NCBI GenBank assembly: GCA_046563655.1
Contig: CM102283.1
Span: 7,750,001 to 7,814,000 of the forward strand
Direction: 5' to 3'
Source: Yuukianura sp. NJ FZ-2021
Lineage: Eukaryota
Length of the DNA: 64,000 nt
Positions 61,521-64,000 of the stretch are shown one piece after another (the stretch's first letter is position 1; each line of letters starts with the position of its first letter). The translations under genes were made by a program, and so were the position numbers. The notes under the pieces were generated by a model, which saw only the letters and a program-made list of their open reading frames with translations, was not told where the DNA came from and did no database searches.

Positions 61521-64000
61521 TTTGGTCCTCCATTCCATAATATGCGAATATATTTCCCCTCAGAGACTCCACCATTCAACGTTATAAAACTGTAAAGTGG
61601 TTTTTCGTGTTTTGAAAATTTTGGATTTTGGTTTCAAAATTGTAAACCTGAAAAGCGTAACAAAACTTGGAGCGTGGATTGCAGCTTTTTGTTTTTAATC
61701 TTTTACGAAACCAAAGCACAATAGCAGCACTTTCACTCCGTTTTCTACAAAGCGAGAAAGTGACACAAAAGGGAGTCGTTTGTGTAGTCTCTCGTTTTTG
61801 CCTTAAAGTTGGCTAATTCAAAAGCATTTTCATTTTTCTAGCTTTACATAGTACAGGGATTATTTCAAATTTTGAAATCTGGCGGGCTGACAGACACGAA
61901 ACTCTGAGAAAGATTAAGGGAGTGACAGAAAACAAAAAGTTACGAAACAACACAAAAGTTTTTGGGAGAAAAGCTTTCACTTTTGGGTGACACTTTGAGC
62001 CTACCGGCAGAAATTTATGAGGGATGTAGTTAGTGACAGACCGCGCGAGAGACGCGAGCTGTGCGACTTTTTGAAAACAATGTGAAAGTGGCAGGTGAAA
62101 CGCGGGAGATGACTTCCGACGTCGTTTTTTGAATTTCTGAAACTTTTTTGAGACATGGGGAGGAGATAAACGCTAAATTATGCAAGCTCACCTAACACCT
62201 TGTTTTGCAAAAGGCTTTCACTTTCTTTCGTTTTTCAAATTTTAAACAAGGTGTGGAGAAAGTGCTTTTCAAAAAGACGCCGATCCTAATTTAATTTGAC
62301 TTTGATCCTATCCAATTTTCAAAATTGTGATCTCCGTTTTTGAATTTACCGCATACGCTTTACATAAAAAAAATTGTTATCAAGGGAAACCATGAGGAAA
62401 ATGACTTTTGGAGGGAAAAGAGAACAGGAGGCGGGAATTATGAAAACGACTAGTTTTTCCTTGAGTTCAAAATGGCGGGAAAGTTTTTGAAAATGGAGCT
62501 CCTGCTGAAGTTTAGATTCTTCCGAAAGCCCGAGATTAAAATTTTACGTTAGAGACTTCAGGTCGTTTTCATTAATAAGTTGTAAGGGATTCCTGTGGGT
62601 TTTTGGATATTTCCATAACCATAGTTTTGAAACAGACTCCAATTTTGACACGAAAGAGATTCCGCGGGAAAAGTTTCGATATTCAAATTGAAGCGATAAT
62701 CCCGCTCTCTAGGAAGTTTCTAGAAAGGAATCAGTACATTGTTATCTAGTCAATCATTTTTGTTCATTTTGTGTTTGGATGAATTCAAATTCAGCGCTTT
62801 TTTGGGCTGGGCGTTCCTGGGCACTCATGAACGGAAAATCGTGACCAGACATACTCAAAAACGGACAACCTAACTAAATAATCGTTATGATTTTCGTTTC
62901 GCCCGTCCATTAGCGTCTATCTTCCGTCCATCAGTGTATCGGTCCTTTTATAATCCGTCCATTAGTGTCCGGTTACGGTGAATTGTAATGGAAATTGAGT
63001 GAAATTGAATCTGAATGAACCTGGATTCCATAAGTTTTGTGCCAAGTTGGTAGTCTATGGGAGCTCTTTTTGGCGGGAAAAGATTAAGCTTTTGCCAATT
63101 CCTCGACTGGTGCCCAATATCTCTCTTGTCCTTTTCTAATAAATAAATCTAGGATTTAGAACTGCGCTGCCGTTGCTGAAATGAGCTAAGGATTCTACTT
63201 GGTTTAACTCCTGCTGTTGTTCTGTTCAAACAGAACAACCAAAACAACAAAGTCTAGAAATAGCGAAGTTCATAGACTTTGTTGAAACGGCGGTGGGAAA
63301 AGGCAAAATGAGTGAAAGTTTGTGTGTTTGTCTGCTGTAGTCCTCACTTTCTCTTTTGACTTGGTCCAATATTTCCCCACTTTCTTATGCTTGAGCAGCA
63401 CAAGTTGTGCTGCAGCTATTTTGGAACTTGTGAGACAAGGGGAGGGGGGAATGTCACTGGTTCTGGAACAAGGTTGACAGGAACAGGCATCAACGTCAAC
63501 ATTAAAGAAGTTGACAAACATATTTCAAAATGGGACGTCATTTTTTGAAAATATTGGTTTTGAAGAACAAAACATAAAACGACGATTTTCTCTAGAGAAA
63601 TAGACATAAATTTAGATACAATTTTGTCGGAAAACCATAAGTAAATGTAAACAGAAATTTGAAATTATAACTGCGTTGTGTAACAATTTTTCGTCAACGT
63701 AAAATTGAATTGCAGTAATCAAATCAAAAAACTGTTTTAGTACTTTGTTGTTCTAAAAATGAGCAAGGTCATATGATATTTTTGGTTTTGAAGTTTTGTG
63801 GTAGTTTCATTCAAGGTGTTTTAAAAAACTGACATTTGTGACACCACCACCGCCATAATAATTTGGAACTCAAAAAAATTGTGAAGGACGCTCATGTCAC
63901 TTTCTGAACATGTCTGATATTTTTGCAAGAGAAAGTTCCTCATTTCATATGCTTTGCGCAATGGTTTGCAAAATTTATTCTGCGTCGTGAACCACTTTTT

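Noticed and set aside
63270-63607. Minus-strand ORFs near the window end
   Set aside because: No recognisable family and no supporting exon structure.

Overview
This is AT-rich eukaryotic DNA with intron-containing genes (GT-AG introns, many 60-100 nt). Gene content is arthropod; a springtail-like hexapod is an inference. I spliced 14 protein-coding genes by eye. In order: three clustered innexins (two Inx7-like paralogs and ogre/Inx1); a one-intron vWA gene carrying two copies of an unnamed STSYNR domain (bacterial-like, HGT candidate); a CPAP1-type chitin-binding protein with Pro/acidic repeats; a nanos zinc-finger gene; a zye-like ZP-N transmembrane protein; a tandemly duplicated head-to-head cassette of a Cys-rich, probably GPI-anchored surface protein plus a small secreted beta/gamma-crystallin-like protein; an FSIP2-like gene head-to-head with a divergent mitochondrial phosphate carrier; and RRP12. 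Several MITEs and tandem repeats are also present. The best candidate for an undescribed system is the duplicated two-gene cassette at 39.2-48.7 kb. Family assignments come from remembered motifs, not database searches.
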